Shown: piece by piece, positions 19,814 to 30,989 of the stretch | Position numbering within the stretch: the stretch's first letter is position 1 | How the letters are laid out: every line of letters starts with the position of its first letter | Assembly: GCA_937976335.1 (NCBI GenBank) | Contig: CALJRW010000035.1 | Span: 308 to 64,307 of the forward strand | Source of the DNA: an uncultured bacterium | GTDB lineage: Bacteria > Bdellovibrionota_C > UBA2361 > CALJRW01 | DNA length: 64,000 bases | Reading direction: 5' to 3' | Program-made: the position numbers and the translations under genes | The notes under the pieces: generated by a model | The model's database searches: none | What the model was told of the DNA's origin: nothing | The model's input: the letters and a program-made list of their open reading frames with translations, nothing else

Positions 19814-21097
19814 ATGTTTAGGTACTTACCAGAACAAGCTTCAGAGATTGCTCCAAAAATTGATTGGATAAATAATTTAATTACTGACCTTTCAGTTTTT
19901 TTTACTGTTGCAATTGTTGGCGTGATGATTTTTTTCGCCATCTATTACAGAAAAAAAGATGGCGTTGATCACGAAACTCCACAAATAAAAGGAAGTCATA
20001 CACTTGAATGGATATGGACTGTTCTTCCTACTTTGGTTTGCATTTATATAGCTTACTACGGAGTTATATATTACCAAGAACTTCGATACGTTCCAGATGA
20101 CGCGATGGTTGTTAATGTTGTTGGTCAAAAATGGAATTGGAGTTTCAAATACGAAAATGGAAAAGAAACCAGTAACGTAGTCTATGTTCCTGTAAATAGA
20201 CGTGTTAAATTTCTTATGGAATCAAAAGATGTTCTGCATAGTTTCTTTATTCCCGCTATGCGAGTTAAAAGAGATTTAGTTCCTGGTATGTATACTTATG
20301 TTAGTTTTACTCCAGTTATGACTGGTGAGTATCATGTTTTCTGTACTGAATATTGTGGACAAGATCATTATGATATGACTGCAAAACTAAAAGTAGTTTC
20401 TCAAGCAGAATATGATGAGTGGGTGAATTATAAAGAAGACTTATCAGCTTTTACGCCAGTAGAATTAGGAAAAAAGCTTTATACAGGAAAAGGTTGCAAT
20501 GCCTGTCATAGTCTAAATGGCAAGAAAATTATAGGCCCAAGTTTTTTAAAAGCTTACGGAAGAGAAGTAGAGCTTGAGAGTGGTGAAAAGTTTAAGTCGG
20601 ATGAAAACTACATCAAGAATTCTATCCTTGCTCCAAACTCTCAAATTGTAAAAGGTTATCCAAAAAATCAAATGCCTGCATTTGAAGGTCAATTAGATGA
20701 CACTCAAATTGGAAATATTATTGCTTTTATTAAATCTTTAGATGGCTCTCAAGCTATAGAGGAGGAAGTTCTTCCTGAAAAATCAGATGTTGATGTAACA
20801 AAGCTAACTCCTGTTGAGAGAGGAAAGTATATTTATCAAAATAAACTTTGCGTAACATGTCATTCGCTTGACGGATCTAAAGTTATAGGCCCAAGTTTTA
20901 AAGGCATCTATGGTAGAGAAGGTGAGCTCCAGGATGGGACTAAGTATGTTGTAGATGATGAGTATATTAAGAGTTCAATTCTTAAACCGATGTCACAAGT
21001 TGTTAAAGGATATCCGGCTGCTATGCCTCCTTATGAAGGTCAGTTGAATGATGATGATATAGCAGGTGTTATAGAGTATATGAAAACGTTAAAGTAG
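19814..21097 (+). CDS. ctaC: Cytochrome c oxidase subunit II fused to a dihaem cytochrome c domain (caa3-type)
   Basis: Two N-terminal TM segments, CuA site H...CTEYCGQDH..M, then two CxxCH haem-binding motifs (CNACH, CVTCH). Confidence 0.8.
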   Translation: MFRYLPEQASEIAPKIDWINNLITDLSVFFTVAIVGVMIFFAIYYRKKDGVDHETPQIKGSHTLEWIWTVLPTLVCIYIAYYGVIYYQELRYVPDDAMVVNVVGQKWNWSFKYENGKETSNVVYVPVNRRVKFLMESKDVLHSFFIPAMRVKRDLVPGMYTYVSFTPVMTGEYHVFCTEYCGQDHYDMTAKLKVVSQAEYDEWVNYKEDLSAFTPVELGKKLYTGKGCNACHSLNGKKIIGPSFLKAYGREVELESGEKFKSDENYIKNSILAPNSQIVKGYPKNQMPAFEGQLDDTQIGNIIAFIKSLDGSQAIEEEVLPEKSDVDVTKLTPVERGKYIYQNKLCVTCHSLDGSKVIGPSFKGIYGREGELQDGTKYVVDDEYIKSSILKPMSQVVKGYPAAMPPYEGQLNDDDIAGVIEYMKTLK

Positions 21098-21103
21098 GAA
21101 ATT

Positions 21104-22771
21104 ATGGCTGAAGGAAAAAATTATTTAAATCATGAAACCACAATTTGGTCATGGTTAACTACGGTTGATCATAAGCGAATTGGACTAATGTATCTTTTTA
21201 CAATTAGTTGTTTTTTTATTGCAGGAGGAGTTGCAGCTATTTTAATGCGACTTGAGCTTGCCAAAGCAGGTGGAGATTTAGTTGCTCCTGATGTTTATAA
21301 TGTTCTATTCACTCTTCACGGTGCGATAATGATTTTTCTATTTATCGTTCCAGGAATACCGGCAACTTTAGGAAATTTTTTAATTCCCTTAATGATAGGA
21401 GCTAAAGATGTTGCATTTCCAAAGCTTAATTTACTTAGTTACTATATATATTTAGTTGGTGCTATAATGGCACTTTTAGCAATTATTCCAGTTGATTGGA
21501 TATCAGCTTGGTTGCCTGAATTTTTAACCAACTTTCTTACTTGGCTTGGTCTAAGTGGGCCTGCAGATACAGGTTGGACTTTCTATGCGCCATATAGTTT
21601 AGAAACTGGATCTTCTGTTATTTGGATGACAGGCGCTGCTTTTGTACTTGGATTTTCTTCTATCCTTACGGGGTTAAATTTTATAGTCACAATTCACAAA
21701 TTAAGAGCTCCAGGAATGAGCTGGGATAGACTACCTGTGTTTATTTGGGCTTCTTATGCAACTGCTGTGATACAAACTCTAGCAACCCCTATTGTTGGAA
21801 TTTCCTTACTACTGTTAATTATGGAAAGAGTTTTTGGTGTAGGAATTTTTAATCCAGATTTAGGTGGAGATCCTGTTTTATACCAACACTTTTTTTGGTT
21901 TTATTCACATCCAGTTGTTTATATCATGGTTCTTCCAGCTTTTGGTGTTGTTGGTGAAATTATACCTGTGTTTTCAAGAAAACCTCTCTTTGGCTATAAA
22001 GCAATTTGTTATGCAACACTTGCTATTGCAGTCTTTGGATTTATTGTATGGGCTCACCATATGTTTACTTCAGGGCTTTCTAATGCCTCTGCATTTTATT
22101 TCTCTCTTGCGACATTCACGGTTGCTGTTCCAACGGCTGTAAAAGTTTTTAATTGGGTCAGTACAATGTATAAGGGGTCAATTAGTTTTGATACACCAAT
22201 GCTTTACGCAATGGGTTTTGTCTTTTTATTTATGGTTGCAGGAACTACAGGAATTTACCTAGCAACTCTTGCGGTAGATGTCTTTTATCATGATACTTAT
22301 TTTGTAGTTGCTCATTTTCATTACACAATTCAGGGAGGCGCTGTAATAGGGTTAATAGCCGGTCTTCATTTTTGGTTCCCAAAAATTACTGGAAAAATGT
22401 ATAATGAAGTAGCGGGTAAAATTGGTTGGGTTTTAGTTTTCTTTGGCTTTAATTTAACTTTCTTGCCCCAGTTTGTCTTAGGTATGAATGGAATGCCGAG
22501 AAGATACTATGATTATCCTCCTGAGTTTGAATGGTTGCACACTCTTTCAACCATAGGTGCTTTGATTAATGGAATTGGTTATAGTTTTGCGCTTTTGAAT
22601 ATGCTTTATGCATTTATTTGGGGTAAAAAAATTGCTCCAAGAAATCCTTATAAATCTCTTTCTCTTGAGTGGGATACTCAATCTCCACCAATTCACGAAA
22701 ATTTTGAAGAAACACCAACAGTTACTGATTACCCATATGCTTATGGTGTTCCAGTTAAGGAGGCAGTATGA
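21104..22771 (+). CDS. ctaD: Cytochrome c oxidase subunit I
   Basis: 555 aa, 12 TM segments, conserved His ligands and WFFGHPEVY-like motif (HFFWFYSHPVVY). Confidence 0.9.
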   Translation: MAEGKNYLNHETTIWSWLTTVDHKRIGLMYLFTISCFFIAGGVAAILMRLELAKAGGDLVAPDVYNVLFTLHGAIMIFLFIVPGIPATLGNFLIPLMIGAKDVAFPKLNLLSYYIYLVGAIMALLAIIPVDWISAWLPEFLTNFLTWLGLSGPADTGWTFYAPYSLETGSSVIWMTGAAFVLGFSSILTGLNFIVTIHKLRAPGMSWDRLPVFIWASYATAVIQTLATPIVGISLLLLIMERVFGVGIFNPDLGGDPVLYQHFFWFYSHPVVYIMVLPAFGVVGEIIPVFSRKPLFGYKAICYATLAIAVFGFIVWAHHMFTSGLSNASAFYFSLATFTVAVPTAVKVFNWVSTMYKGSISFDTPMLYAMGFVFLFMVAGTTGIYLATLAVDVFYHDTYFVVAHFHYTIQGGAVIGLIAGLHFWFPKITGKMYNEVAGKIGWVLVFFGFNLTFLPQFVLGMNGMPRRYYDYPPEFEWLHTLSTIGALINGIGYSFALLNMLYAFIWGKKIAPRNPYKSLSLEWDTQSPPIHENFEETPTVTDYPYAYGVPVKEAV

Positions 22772-23430
22772 GTGAACATGTAGCAAGTGGTCCACCACAC
22801 GTACACCACATGGATGCAAAAACTGCGTATAGTGCAGCAAAGCTTGGTATGTGGTTATTTCTTGCCACTGAAATTCTTCTTTTTGGAGGCCTTTTTGCAG
22901 GCTTTGCTATTTACCGTTGGCAGTACTTATCTGAATTTGCGCATGCTAGTGAACATTTAAACTGGAAAATGGGAGCTCTGAACACGGCAATTTTAATTTT
23001 TAGTAGTTACGCCGTAGTGCTTGGAGTTGATGCCGCACAACATGGTGAAAACAAGAAAGTTAAAAAATGGATGTTAGTTACTCTACTTTGTGGTTGTGGA
23101 TTTTTAGTTGTAAAATTTTTTGAATATAAGTCAAAGTATGAACATGGCTTATTCCCTGGTACAGTTGATCACATTACTAACATTGCATTTAACAGTCCTG
23201 AATTTAATGCGCAGTATAAAATGTTTTTTGGCTTGTACTATTGCATGACCGGTCTTCATGCACTTCATGTAATTATCGGAATGGGGATTATTTTTTGGAT
23301 ATATTTACTAGCTAAAAAAAATCGTTTTTCAACAGACTACTATACACCAGTTGAAGTTGGTGGGCTGTATTGGCATTTAATTGACTTAATATGGATTTAT
23401 TTATTTCCATTATTATATTTAGTGGGGTAA
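22768..23430 (+). CDS. ctaE: Cytochrome c oxidase subunit III
   Basis: ATGA overlap with ctaD; 220 aa; conserved LGxxFLxxQxxEY-like segment. Confidence 0.75.
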   Translation: MSEHVASGPPHVHHMDAKTAYSAAKLGMWLFLATEILLFGGLFAGFAIYRWQYLSEFAHASEHLNWKMGALNTAILIFSSYAVVLGVDAAQHGENKKVKKWMLVTLLCGCGFLVVKFFEYKSKYEHGLFPGTVDHITNIAFNSPEFNAQYKMFFGLYYCMTGLHALHVIIGMGIIFWIYLLAKKNRFSTDYYTPVEVGGLYWHLIDLIWIYLFPLLYLVG

Positions 23431-23433
23431 AAG

Positions 23434-23721
23434 ATGGCTGACAATGGACTAGGACATATAGTACCGAAAAAAACTTACCTAAGTATTTTTTTAGCTTTAA
23501 TTTTTCTAACCGTAGTAACTGTATGGATAGCTCAGTTTGATTTTGGAGTGTTAAATATAGTTATAGCTATGTTTATTGCTTCAATTAAGGCAGGGCTTGT
23601 TGCAATGTTTTTTATGCATTTAAAATATGAAGATCCTTTAACTTGGGTCTATGTTCTTTTCCCTCTTTTTTTACTTGCACTTTTAATAGGTGGTGTATTT
23701 TTAGATGCGCCATTTAGGTAA
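23434..23721 (+). CDS. Cytochrome c oxidase subunit IV (bacterial caa3 CtaF-like)
   Basis: 95-aa protein with 3 TM segments immediately after ctaE, as in caa3 operons. Confidence 0.45.
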   Translation: MADNGLGHIVPKKTYLSIFLALIFLTVVTVWIAQFDFGVLNIVIAMFIASIKAGLVAMFFMHLKYEDPLTWVYVLFPLFLLALLIGGVFLDAPFR

Positions 23722-23727
23722 ATCAAT

Positions 23728-24144
23728 ATGTCAGATGATGGAATAAAATATTACTGGAGCGGAGTAAGTATACCCTTTATGGGTTTTGTTGGCTCTCTTG
23801 AAATACTGTGCGTTATTTTTATGTTTATGTCTAAGAGCTTTATAACTTATCTTTGCATAGGTGTTATTTTATTTTTTATACTTTTACTATTTTTTTCACT
23901 TAAAGTAACCGTTGATTATAATAACTTGTACATAACATATGGTATTGGAATTTTTGAAAAAATTATTCCTTTAACTGAAATTAAAGGCAAAAGAATCGTT
24001 CCTAATAAGGATAGTACTCTTTGTTTGGCTTATAATATGTCTGCAAATGAAGCTGTGATGCTTGAACTAAGGAGTGGTGAACGTCTTTATGTACCAGCTG
24101 ATAATTCTCGAAGATTTCAGAGTGCTCTTTCCATAATGGGTTAA
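23728..24144 (+). CDS. Hypothetical membrane protein (2 TM segments plus soluble bacterial-PH-like domain)
   Basis: ORF in operon position after the cox genes; hydrophobic N-terminal half. Confidence 0.3.
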   Translation: MSDDGIKYYWSGVSIPFMGFVGSLEILCVIFMFMSKSFITYLCIGVILFFILLLFFSLKVTVDYNNLYITYGIGIFEKIIPLTEIKGKRIVPNKDSTLCLAYNMSANEAVMLELRSGERLYVPADNSRRFQSALSIMG

Positions 24145-24563
24145 TGAGTATGACCTGGCTTTTAAAAGCATTTATTACAACAATTTGTTTTTCAATTTTT
24201 ACAATTCTTGTAAAGTTTTTAACAAATAAGAATATTCCATCTGAAGCTATTAATTTATATTCAATTACAATTTGTAGTATTTGTTTTGCTATTTTTGCTT
24301 TTTATAAAAATTCAGTTACTAGCCTAGAGCTTAAGTTTTTACCAATTGCAACGTTAATGGGTCTTATTCTCTTTATAGCTAATTATTATTTAATTTCAGC
24401 TATTAATTCGGCTCCAAACCCTGGTTATGTTCGTGCAATTTTAGCTTTTGAGATGGTTGTAGTAAGTATTTTGTCATTTTTTATATATAGTTCTCATTTG
24501 AGTGGTATTAAAATTTTAGGAATGTTTTTTTCACTCCTTGGGGTGGTTTTATTGGCTAGTTAG
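24144..24563 (+). CDS. Small 4-TM membrane protein (EamA/DMT half-transporter-like)
   Basis: TAATG 1-nt overlap with the upstream ORF; four hydrophobic segments. Confidence 0.3.
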   Translation: MSMTWLLKAFITTICFSIFTILVKFLTNKNIPSEAINLYSITICSICFAIFAFYKNSVTSLELKFLPIATLMGLILFIANYYLISAINSAPNPGYVRAILAFEMVVVSILSFFIYSSHLSGIKILGMFFSLLGVVLLAS

Positions 24564-24654
24564 TTTTATAATATGAGTTTTGGATAAGAAAGCTAATCTA
24601 CTGAATAATTTTTATTTTAAATATTTTACTATCTTAACTTTTTCATGACGCTTC

Positions 24655-25827
24655 TCATTCAAAATTCAGGTTTCTAAGAGCATAAAAGCTTGGTAAAAAT
24701 AAAAGAATAGCTGTAAGAATAAGTGCTGCTTGTAAGGTGTAAAAATGTTCTGTATATCCAACTATAATAGCAAGAAGTACGAACGCAATACGAAAGCAAA
24801 AACTTGAAATTGAAAGAGTTGTAGCTCTTAACTCTGAATCAATTTTTTCATTCATAAGAGTGCGAATTAAAGGAGTTCTTACTCCTCTCACCCAATAAAT
24901 AAGAGCAATAAAGACTAGCGCATAAATGCTTTTTAAAAGAGCAAGAAAAAGAAACGATCCAGATAAAACAAAAGTTAGCAGATATAAACTTTTGTATGTG
25001 CCAAACTTTTCAGTTATTTTGTTCATACTTAAAGCAGATAAGCCTAGAATGATATGTAAGATACACCAGGCTACTCCAAATCCCCATATTGGTAAATTTA
25101 TATATTCAAAAAAAGCTTGTCCTTTAAAAACAATTAATAACGTTCCAGCTGCTGAAGTAGCTGTAAAAAGCGTGATATATCTTAATTGTAAATTATCAAA
25201 TAGTGCTACTTTTGTTGCTTTTGTAAGAGAGGCAAAAGTTTTTAAATTAGATATTTCTCTTTTAGGTTCAGCTAGAATTAAAGAAATAAATACGAAGCCT
25301 ATATTTATTATTGCGTGAATTAAGAAAGGTAATTTAAGAGAATAGCTAGCTAAAAAAGCAGCGATGAAGCCAGAAAAACTTTCAGAAAAAGCTTGAAATG
25401 AAAACATTTTTGATTCAAGTTTTTTGTATTCAGAATCTTTGTTTAAATTTTTTAAAGTATCATAAAGTATTGCAGAATCTGCACCTGATACTAAGCTCAT
25501 AGCCATTCCTAGAAAGATTTCAGCTAATGTAAAAAAGATTATAGTTGAATTAAAATAATATAAGAGATTAGAAATCATCCAAAGTAATCCAGCTGAGATC
25601 AATGTATTTTTTCTACCAAGTTTATCAGCAATATATCCAGAAGGAATTTCTAAAACGATTACAACAAAACTCATTAGTGCTTTAAGAGCTAAAAGCTCTG
25701 ATAAACCTAATGAATTTGATTTGTAAAATAAAATAATTGTAGGAATAGAAATCCAAGAGCCTTGAAGAATTCTTAAGATATAAAGTTTACTTATATTTTT
25801 TTCTAAAGACACATTAAATTTATACAC
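24655..25827 (-). CDS. MFS-type transporter, paralogue of the 1936-3108 ORF
   Basis: 390 aa; LEIPSGYIADKLGRKNTL motif matches LETPSGYLSDVWNRKYTL in the other copy. Confidence 0.5.
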   Translation of the reverse strand: MYKFNVSLEKNISKLYILRILQGSWISIPTIILFYKSNSLGLSELLALKALMSFVVIVLEIPSGYIADKLGRKNTLISAGLLWMISNLLYYFNSTIIFFTLAEIFLGMAMSLVSGADSAILYDTLKNLNKDSEYKKLESKMFSFQAFSESFSGFIAAFLASYSLKLPFLIHAIINIGFVFISLILAEPKREISNLKTFASLTKATKVALFDNLQLRYITLFTATSAAGTLLIVFKGQAFFEYINLPIWGFGVAWCILHIILGLSALSMNKITEKFGTYKSLYLLTFVLSGSFLFLALLKSIYALVFIALIYWVRGVRTPLIRTLMNEKIDSELRATTLSISSFCFRIAFVLLAIIVGYTEHFYTLQAALILTAILLFLPSFYALRNLNFE

Positions 25828-25916
25828 CGTATGAGAATTACTGCAAAGTATGCATGTTTTTGTTTAGTGACACTGAGTTTTAGAGATGAAGAGTTTTTTG
25901 AGTTTGAGTGTAAATA

Positions 25917-28900
25917 TTAATTTAAAACACTTTCTAAATCTTTTTCAAAGACTTTTAACAAACGAACAGGTAAAGCGCTAGTAAAGCTAAATTCGTCAGC
26001 TACATCTCCCGGAACATAGACTGTTATATTTCCAAAAAAACGTTCTCCTATAATAAATGCAAACGTAGCAGTTCTATTTACTGCAATTGATTTAGTTAAA
26101 ACTCCACTTTTATTGAATATTTTAAAACGATTATCACCAGTTCCAGTTTTTCCTCCAACACTAAAATTTTTATTCTTAGTTTGAATGCCATTTTTAAGTC
26201 TTAAGGCAGTTCCATTTTGAACCACATCAAACAAGGCTTCTTTAACTTTTTTTGCAACTGCTTTTGGTATTACTTGTTCTGCTTCTTTTGCAATAAATTT
26301 AAAATTTGTTTCGTAAGGGGTTCCCGTAGCAAAATTTAATTTATTTACTGATTGCATTGGTAATTTTTTTCCATCATTAACAATAATTCCAAGAAGAGTT
26401 GATAAAGCAGCTGGTTTATCTGCAGAAGTTCCAAGGGAAGTTGCAAGAGAGGGAACAAGCCTTGCATAAGGGTAACCAACTTTTTTCCAATATTTATGTA
26501 TTTCTAGAAATGCTTCTTCTTCAAGAATAGTTTTGATTTTTGAATTTTGTGATGATTTATATTTAGAATTTATTAACCATGAATAAACATATTGCCTTAT
26601 TTCATTACTTGCAGAATAAAGATTACTTAAATCTCTATTTTTATTATTGTATAAATAATGAACTGTCCAAAGCTCAAGAGGGTGTATTCTTGCTACAAAT
26701 GCTCGATCTAATAAGCTTAGCTTATTTGGATTAAAATCAATATACCAGGATTCAATTAGTTTACTGCTTATTTTACTTTTAGGAAACTTATTTTCAATAA
26801 AAGTAATTAAGTCTTTTTGACTTACATTTGGAATAAGAGATAAAAATAGACAAGCAGCTTTTTTTGCTGATTTAGTTCTATTTTCAAATAGTTTTTCAAA
26901 AATTTCATTTTTATTTGAATATCTGTATTTTTTATAAAACTTATTAATAAAAATTTTACCTTCTTTGTCTGCAAATCTTTTTAAATATTCTGTTCTTTTA
27001 ACTTTCTCCATTTTTTTTAAAGTTCTTGCAGTTGAGCCTGTAACTTCGTATGAGAAATAGTTAACAAGGTCTCGCATAATTCTAATAAATGGAAGATTAA
27101 CAGAATGTCTTATTGCTTTTTTTACAGATACAATTTTTCCATTATCATTCGCATTAAAATTTTTAAAATTATGAAGTCCTCCTGCTGTAAAAAATTTCTC
27201 CCAAGGATTTGCTGAGTATTTTCGCTCCATTGAAAGGTTTAGAAAGTCATCTAGAGAAAGGTTTTCTTTACGTATTAGTTGATTTATTCCCCATTTTGAT
27301 AATTTATCTGCAACGATTTCTAGTTTTTTAATTTTTTCTGATTTACTAAGTATTGAATATTTTTGATAAATTTCATGCATTACTTCTAGATAGGTTACCA
27401 ATGTTCTAAATTTTGCAGTTGATCCTAAATCAATCTTTACTCCTTGGTTTATATCAAATGGTTGATCTAAATTATCAGTTTGAACTCTTAAGACGTTATA
27501 GTTTTCTTTTTTTTCATATAGCGTAAAACTAACTATCATTTTTTCTAAAGGATTTTTTTCATTTAGCAATCTGTACCCTAGTAATGAATTACTTTTTAAA
27601 AACTCTAAATCTTTTAAACTTCTAAGTTTTTCTGTAATATTTGATTGAGATTGCGAATTGATGTTAGTACTTACTTCTAAATCAAATCTATCGAGCTCAT
27701 AAAAAGATCTTTCATTGAGTAAGCTTAAAAGATTGGTTCTAACTAAATTGCTAGCTTTTTTTGATAAATAATCTGTGTTTTTTAACCTTACTGTTGGTTT
27801 TATTAATGGATTTACAAGTAAACAATTTTCGTAAAGTTCGCGCGTTATAATTTTTTCATGAAATAAAAGTTTTAAATAATTATCAACTTGTACTTTGAGT
27901 TTATCTTTTTTCCCACGTAATAACTCTGATGGCCTTCGATGTGCTAAAAATAAAGTTAAAACTTGTTTAAAATAAGATGCTTTTTTTAAATTTTCTGTGA
28001 CATCAACTGGATTATAGTTTGAAGATAGGTATTGATTAACCTCTTTTAAATCTGTGCCAAAATATGCTCTTAGGCCATCACCGAGTCCAGTGACTTCTCC
28101 ATAATTTCTTACAGCTGCTAAAGGAACAGAGTTGATATAGTCTAAAACTATTTTTTTTCTTGTACTGTCTGTTTTTCGACCATATTGATAAACTCGAAGC
28201 ATGGCAGAAAACATTTGACGTAATTTATCTTTCGTGCCATTTGTAACTCCATTTTTTGAATGTCTAAATTTTTCCATTTGTGTAATTAGGGTGCTTCCAC
28301 CATGTACTTCATGATTAGGAAAAAATTTAGAAATGAAAATATCAGAAATTGCTTTGAAAAATCTTACGTAATTTACTACAGGATTAAAAGTTTCTTCCTT
28401 ATCTTGCAGGAGATCTTTATCTTCAATAAATAATAAAGTTTTATATATTATTTCAGGAATTTCTTTAAAAGAATTATATGTTTCATAAGGATATTTAGTT
28501 TCAAATAGTTTAGTTTCTTGACTATCTAAGATTTTTAATCCTGCTTTTGCTTTTTCAGTATATATTGGAAAAATTCCTAATTCATAAATACTATTTTGAA
28601 AATTAGATATATTTGCTTGAGAACTAATAGTAAAACCTTTTTCTTTTAAAGTTTTTTCATAATTTTTTATTTTTGAATATGCAAGCCTTTCATCATAAGG
28701 ACCATGTTCGGGAAAGTAAATTAGTTCACTTTTACCTGAATGAATTTGAAATGATAGTAAGCTTGAAAATTTATGAAAAATAGCAGATTGAATTTTTGAT
28801 GAATTAATTTCTTCTTTAAGAAAAAATGAAAAGACTAAAATGAAAAATCCAAAAAAGATACAATAATAAAATTTTTTAGATACTTCTGTATCTTTATTTA

Positions 28901-29000
28901 TTGCAAATGAGTGTGGTTTATTTGGTAATTTAGGACGAGATACAAGAAGATTTTTTCTAAATGGTCTTAATTTTTCTTCTTTTTTAGCTTTTTCTTTCAT
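25917..29000 (-). CDS. Class A penicillin-binding protein-like bifunctional transglycosylase/transpeptidase (PbpC-like, divergent)
   Basis: N-terminal TM anchor; GT51-like motif HGGSTLITQ; transpeptidase SxxK (GSTAKF), SxN (SVN) and KTG (GKTGTG) motifs in order. Confidence 0.55.
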   Translation of the reverse strand: MKEKAKKEEKLRPFRKNLLVSRPKLPNKPHSFAINKDTEVSKKFYYCIFFGFFILVFSFFLKEEINSSKIQSAIFHKFSSLLSFQIHSGKSELIYFPEHGPYDERLAYSKIKNYEKTLKEKGFTISSQANISNFQNSIYELGIFPIYTEKAKAGLKILDSQETKLFETKYPYETYNSFKEIPEIIYKTLLFIEDKDLLQDKEETFNPVVNYVRFFKAISDIFISKFFPNHEVHGGSTLITQMEKFRHSKNGVTNGTKDKLRQMFSAMLRVYQYGRKTDSTRKKIVLDYINSVPLAAVRNYGEVTGLGDGLRAYFGTDLKEVNQYLSSNYNPVDVTENLKKASYFKQVLTLFLAHRRPSELLRGKKDKLKVQVDNYLKLLFHEKIITRELYENCLLVNPLIKPTVRLKNTDYLSKKASNLVRTNLLSLLNERSFYELDRFDLEVSTNINSQSQSNITEKLRSLKDLEFLKSNSLLGYRLLNEKNPLEKMIVSFTLYEKKENYNVLRVQTDNLDQPFDINQGVKIDLGSTAKFRTLVTYLEVMHEIYQKYSILSKSEKIKKLEIVADKLSKWGINQLIRKENLSLDDFLNLSMERKYSANPWEKFFTAGGLHNFKNFNANDNGKIVSVKKAIRHSVNLPFIRIMRDLVNYFSYEVTGSTARTLKKMEKVKRTEYLKRFADKEGKIFINKFYKKYRYSNKNEIFEKLFENRTKSAKKAACLFLSLIPNVSQKDLITFIENKFPKSKISSKLIESWYIDFNPNKLSLLDRAFVARIHPLELWTVHYLYNNKNRDLSNLYSASNEIRQYVYSWLINSKYKSSQNSKIKTILEEEAFLEIHKYWKKVGYPYARLVPSLATSLGTSADKPAALSTLLGIIVNDGKKLPMQSVNKLNFATGTPYETNFKFIAKEAEQVIPKAVAKKVKEALFDVVQNGTALRLKNGIQTKNKNFSVGGKTGTGDNRFKIFNKSGVLTKSIAVNRTATFAFIIGERFFGNITVYVPGDVADEFSFTSALPVRLLKVFEKDLESVLN

Positions 29001-29104
29001 TTTTTTATAAATCTTCTCTCTTTTAGATGCAAAAGAAGTGTTTTAGAATCGTTAGAAAAGCTCTTTTTTAAACTTTAACTTACTAAAATGATTAGTTTTT
29101 TTAT

Positions 29105-30109
29105 ATGAACAAAACAGCAAAAAAAGTAGCAAGCTTTATTCTCGCTTTAGCGCTCTTTTTGCTAGTTCTTGAACTTGCTCTTCGCTTCGTAGGTTACGCT
29201 CCTTATGGAGGAAAAGATCCAAGAATGGATATCAACTCAGCTCAATTTTTTGATTCTGTAAAAGGTTGGAGGTCGAGTGAAGGTTCTACAGTTAAGATTG
29301 CTTTTAAGCAAAATACAAAACCTTTTAATGAAACAGTTTTAAGTTCGGGAAAAAGAGCTACTAAAATAAAGAATAGTTTTTTTCAAAAACCAGAATTTAG
29401 AAAACCTCAATTAGTTTTCTTAGGTTGTTCATTTATGTTTGGTTTTGGGGTTTCTGATAAAGATACTTTACCTTGGATTATTCAAAATGAAATGCCTGAG
29501 AGAGAAGTAATAAATTTTGGCACAAAAGGTTATGGCACTTATCAAAATTTACTTAGTATGGAAGAGGTAGTTATAAAAGATTTAAAAAATGTTTTTATAT
29601 ACGGTTTTAATGATTTTCATGAAACAAGAAATATTCTTTACCCACCAATAATTAGAAACGTAATGAGACAGAATGAATTAAAGAATTTTTATGTGCCATA
29701 CTGTGATTTAGACAAAAAAGGAGAGCTCGTTAGACACGCTCCAAAAGGTTTTCCAGAATTTCCCTTACGAAGTAGCTCAGCGATAATTTCTCTTATAGAA
29801 GATATTTATTTTAGTTTAAAAACAATACCCTATCTTTTAAAGAAAGATAGAATTACTAAGCTCTTACTCATTGAAATGAATAATTTAGCTGAAGATAATG
29901 GAGATAAATTTATTGTTTTATTACAAAGATTAAGTTTAGAAAAAAAGAAAGAGTATATAAGTTTTCTAAAAGATAACAAAATTAAATATATTGATGGCGT
30001 TCATCCAAAACAAAATGAGCCAGAGATGCAACTATCTTTTGATTCTCATCCAAATCAGAAAATGTATCAGTATTGGGCGAAACTTGTTGTTGATTATTTT
30101 GGTGATTAA
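29105..30109 (+). CDS. SGNH/GDSL-like hydrolase family protein with N-terminal membrane anchor
   Basis: Block LVFLGCSFMFGFG resembles the SGNH block I with Ser nucleophile. Confidence 0.35.
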   Translation: MNKTAKKVASFILALALFLLVLELALRFVGYAPYGGKDPRMDINSAQFFDSVKGWRSSEGSTVKIAFKQNTKPFNETVLSSGKRATKIKNSFFQKPEFRKPQLVFLGCSFMFGFGVSDKDTLPWIIQNEMPEREVINFGTKGYGTYQNLLSMEEVVIKDLKNVFIYGFNDFHETRNILYPPIIRNVMRQNELKNFYVPYCDLDKKGELVRHAPKGFPEFPLRSSSAIISLIEDIYFSLKTIPYLLKKDRITKLLLIEMNNLAEDNGDKFIVLLQRLSLEKKKEYISFLKDNKIKYIDGVHPKQNEPEMQLSFDSHPNQKMYQYWAKLVVDYFGD

Positions 30110-30434
30110 TTTTTGTAAGTTAGTTAAATGAAGTTTTTTTAGTCAGTTGCGACTTTCCACATTCCTTCTAACTTGACTAAAGTTATCTTGAATAGATAAA
30201 GCTATTGTGTAACAAGAACTCAATGCGAATTTCTAATTTAATCGGATAATTAGTATAGAGTTTTCTAAACCCTTTCTTTTGTTCCTAGCATTTGCCAGGA
30301 ACAAGGGTTGCTTTTGAATAGTATAATTTTAATTTTATCTGTATGTTAGAAGAAGTTTTGTGATAGGATTTAGGGAAACAATGGAAAGAGGAGTTTTCTG
30401 TTGAATAATATTTTATCTGCATAGAGGATATTTA

Positions 30435-30947
30435 ATGAAAGTTTTAGTTCTTAGTCTTATTACTATTTTCTATGTCACTCTCTGCTACGCAGGAGGAGAT
30501 CCTTCTTGTCATTTAGGCTTGGAAGAGACTCTAATTCCTGGGAAGTATTTATCTCCAATCATTGAGTTAGAAGGGAAAGTATCAAATCTTACTATCAAAA
30601 CAGATGCAATCAAATTTGATTTTTTTGGAAAAATCAATAATAAAGATGCTTCTACAGGTTTGAAATTAGGTGTTAGTAATTTATCTTTGCGTGTTAAAGT
30701 TGATAACGTATATGCTTATGATTCATCGAAATATCCAATGATTGGAATTGATTTTAAAAAAGATTCTAAAAATGCTCATTCTTGTGTTAATGGAAAAAAA
30801 AAGATGAAACTTGCATTAGCTCCAAATCCAATATTAGTAAAAGACGAGAAAGGTTATGTAACTATCGATGCTGACCAAGCTCAGTTCTATACTTGTTATG
30901 ATTGGAGCAAGGCGCATAATAACAGTCGCGTAGATGAGACTCGCTAG
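30435..30947 (+). CDS. Small secreted protein, unknown function
   Basis: Signal peptide, 170 aa, 4 Cys. Confidence 0.35.
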   Translation: MKVLVLSLITIFYVTLCYAGGDPSCHLGLEETLIPGKYLSPIIELEGKVSNLTIKTDAIKFDFFGKINNKDASTGLKLGVSNLSLRVKVDNVYAYDSSKYPMIGIDFKKDSKNAHSCVNGKKKMKLALAPNPILVKDEKGYVTIDADQAQFYTCYDWSKAHNNSRVDETR

Positions 30948-30989
30948 CACTTACTCATCATGCTATACGTTACATGGGAGAAATAAAAA

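Noticed and set aside
30276-30307. Hairpin ttgttcct-N10-aggaacaa as terminator of the GDSL-like gene
   Set aside because: It is about 170 bp downstream of the stop with only a weak T-run; kept only as a possible regulatory hairpin within the islet finding.
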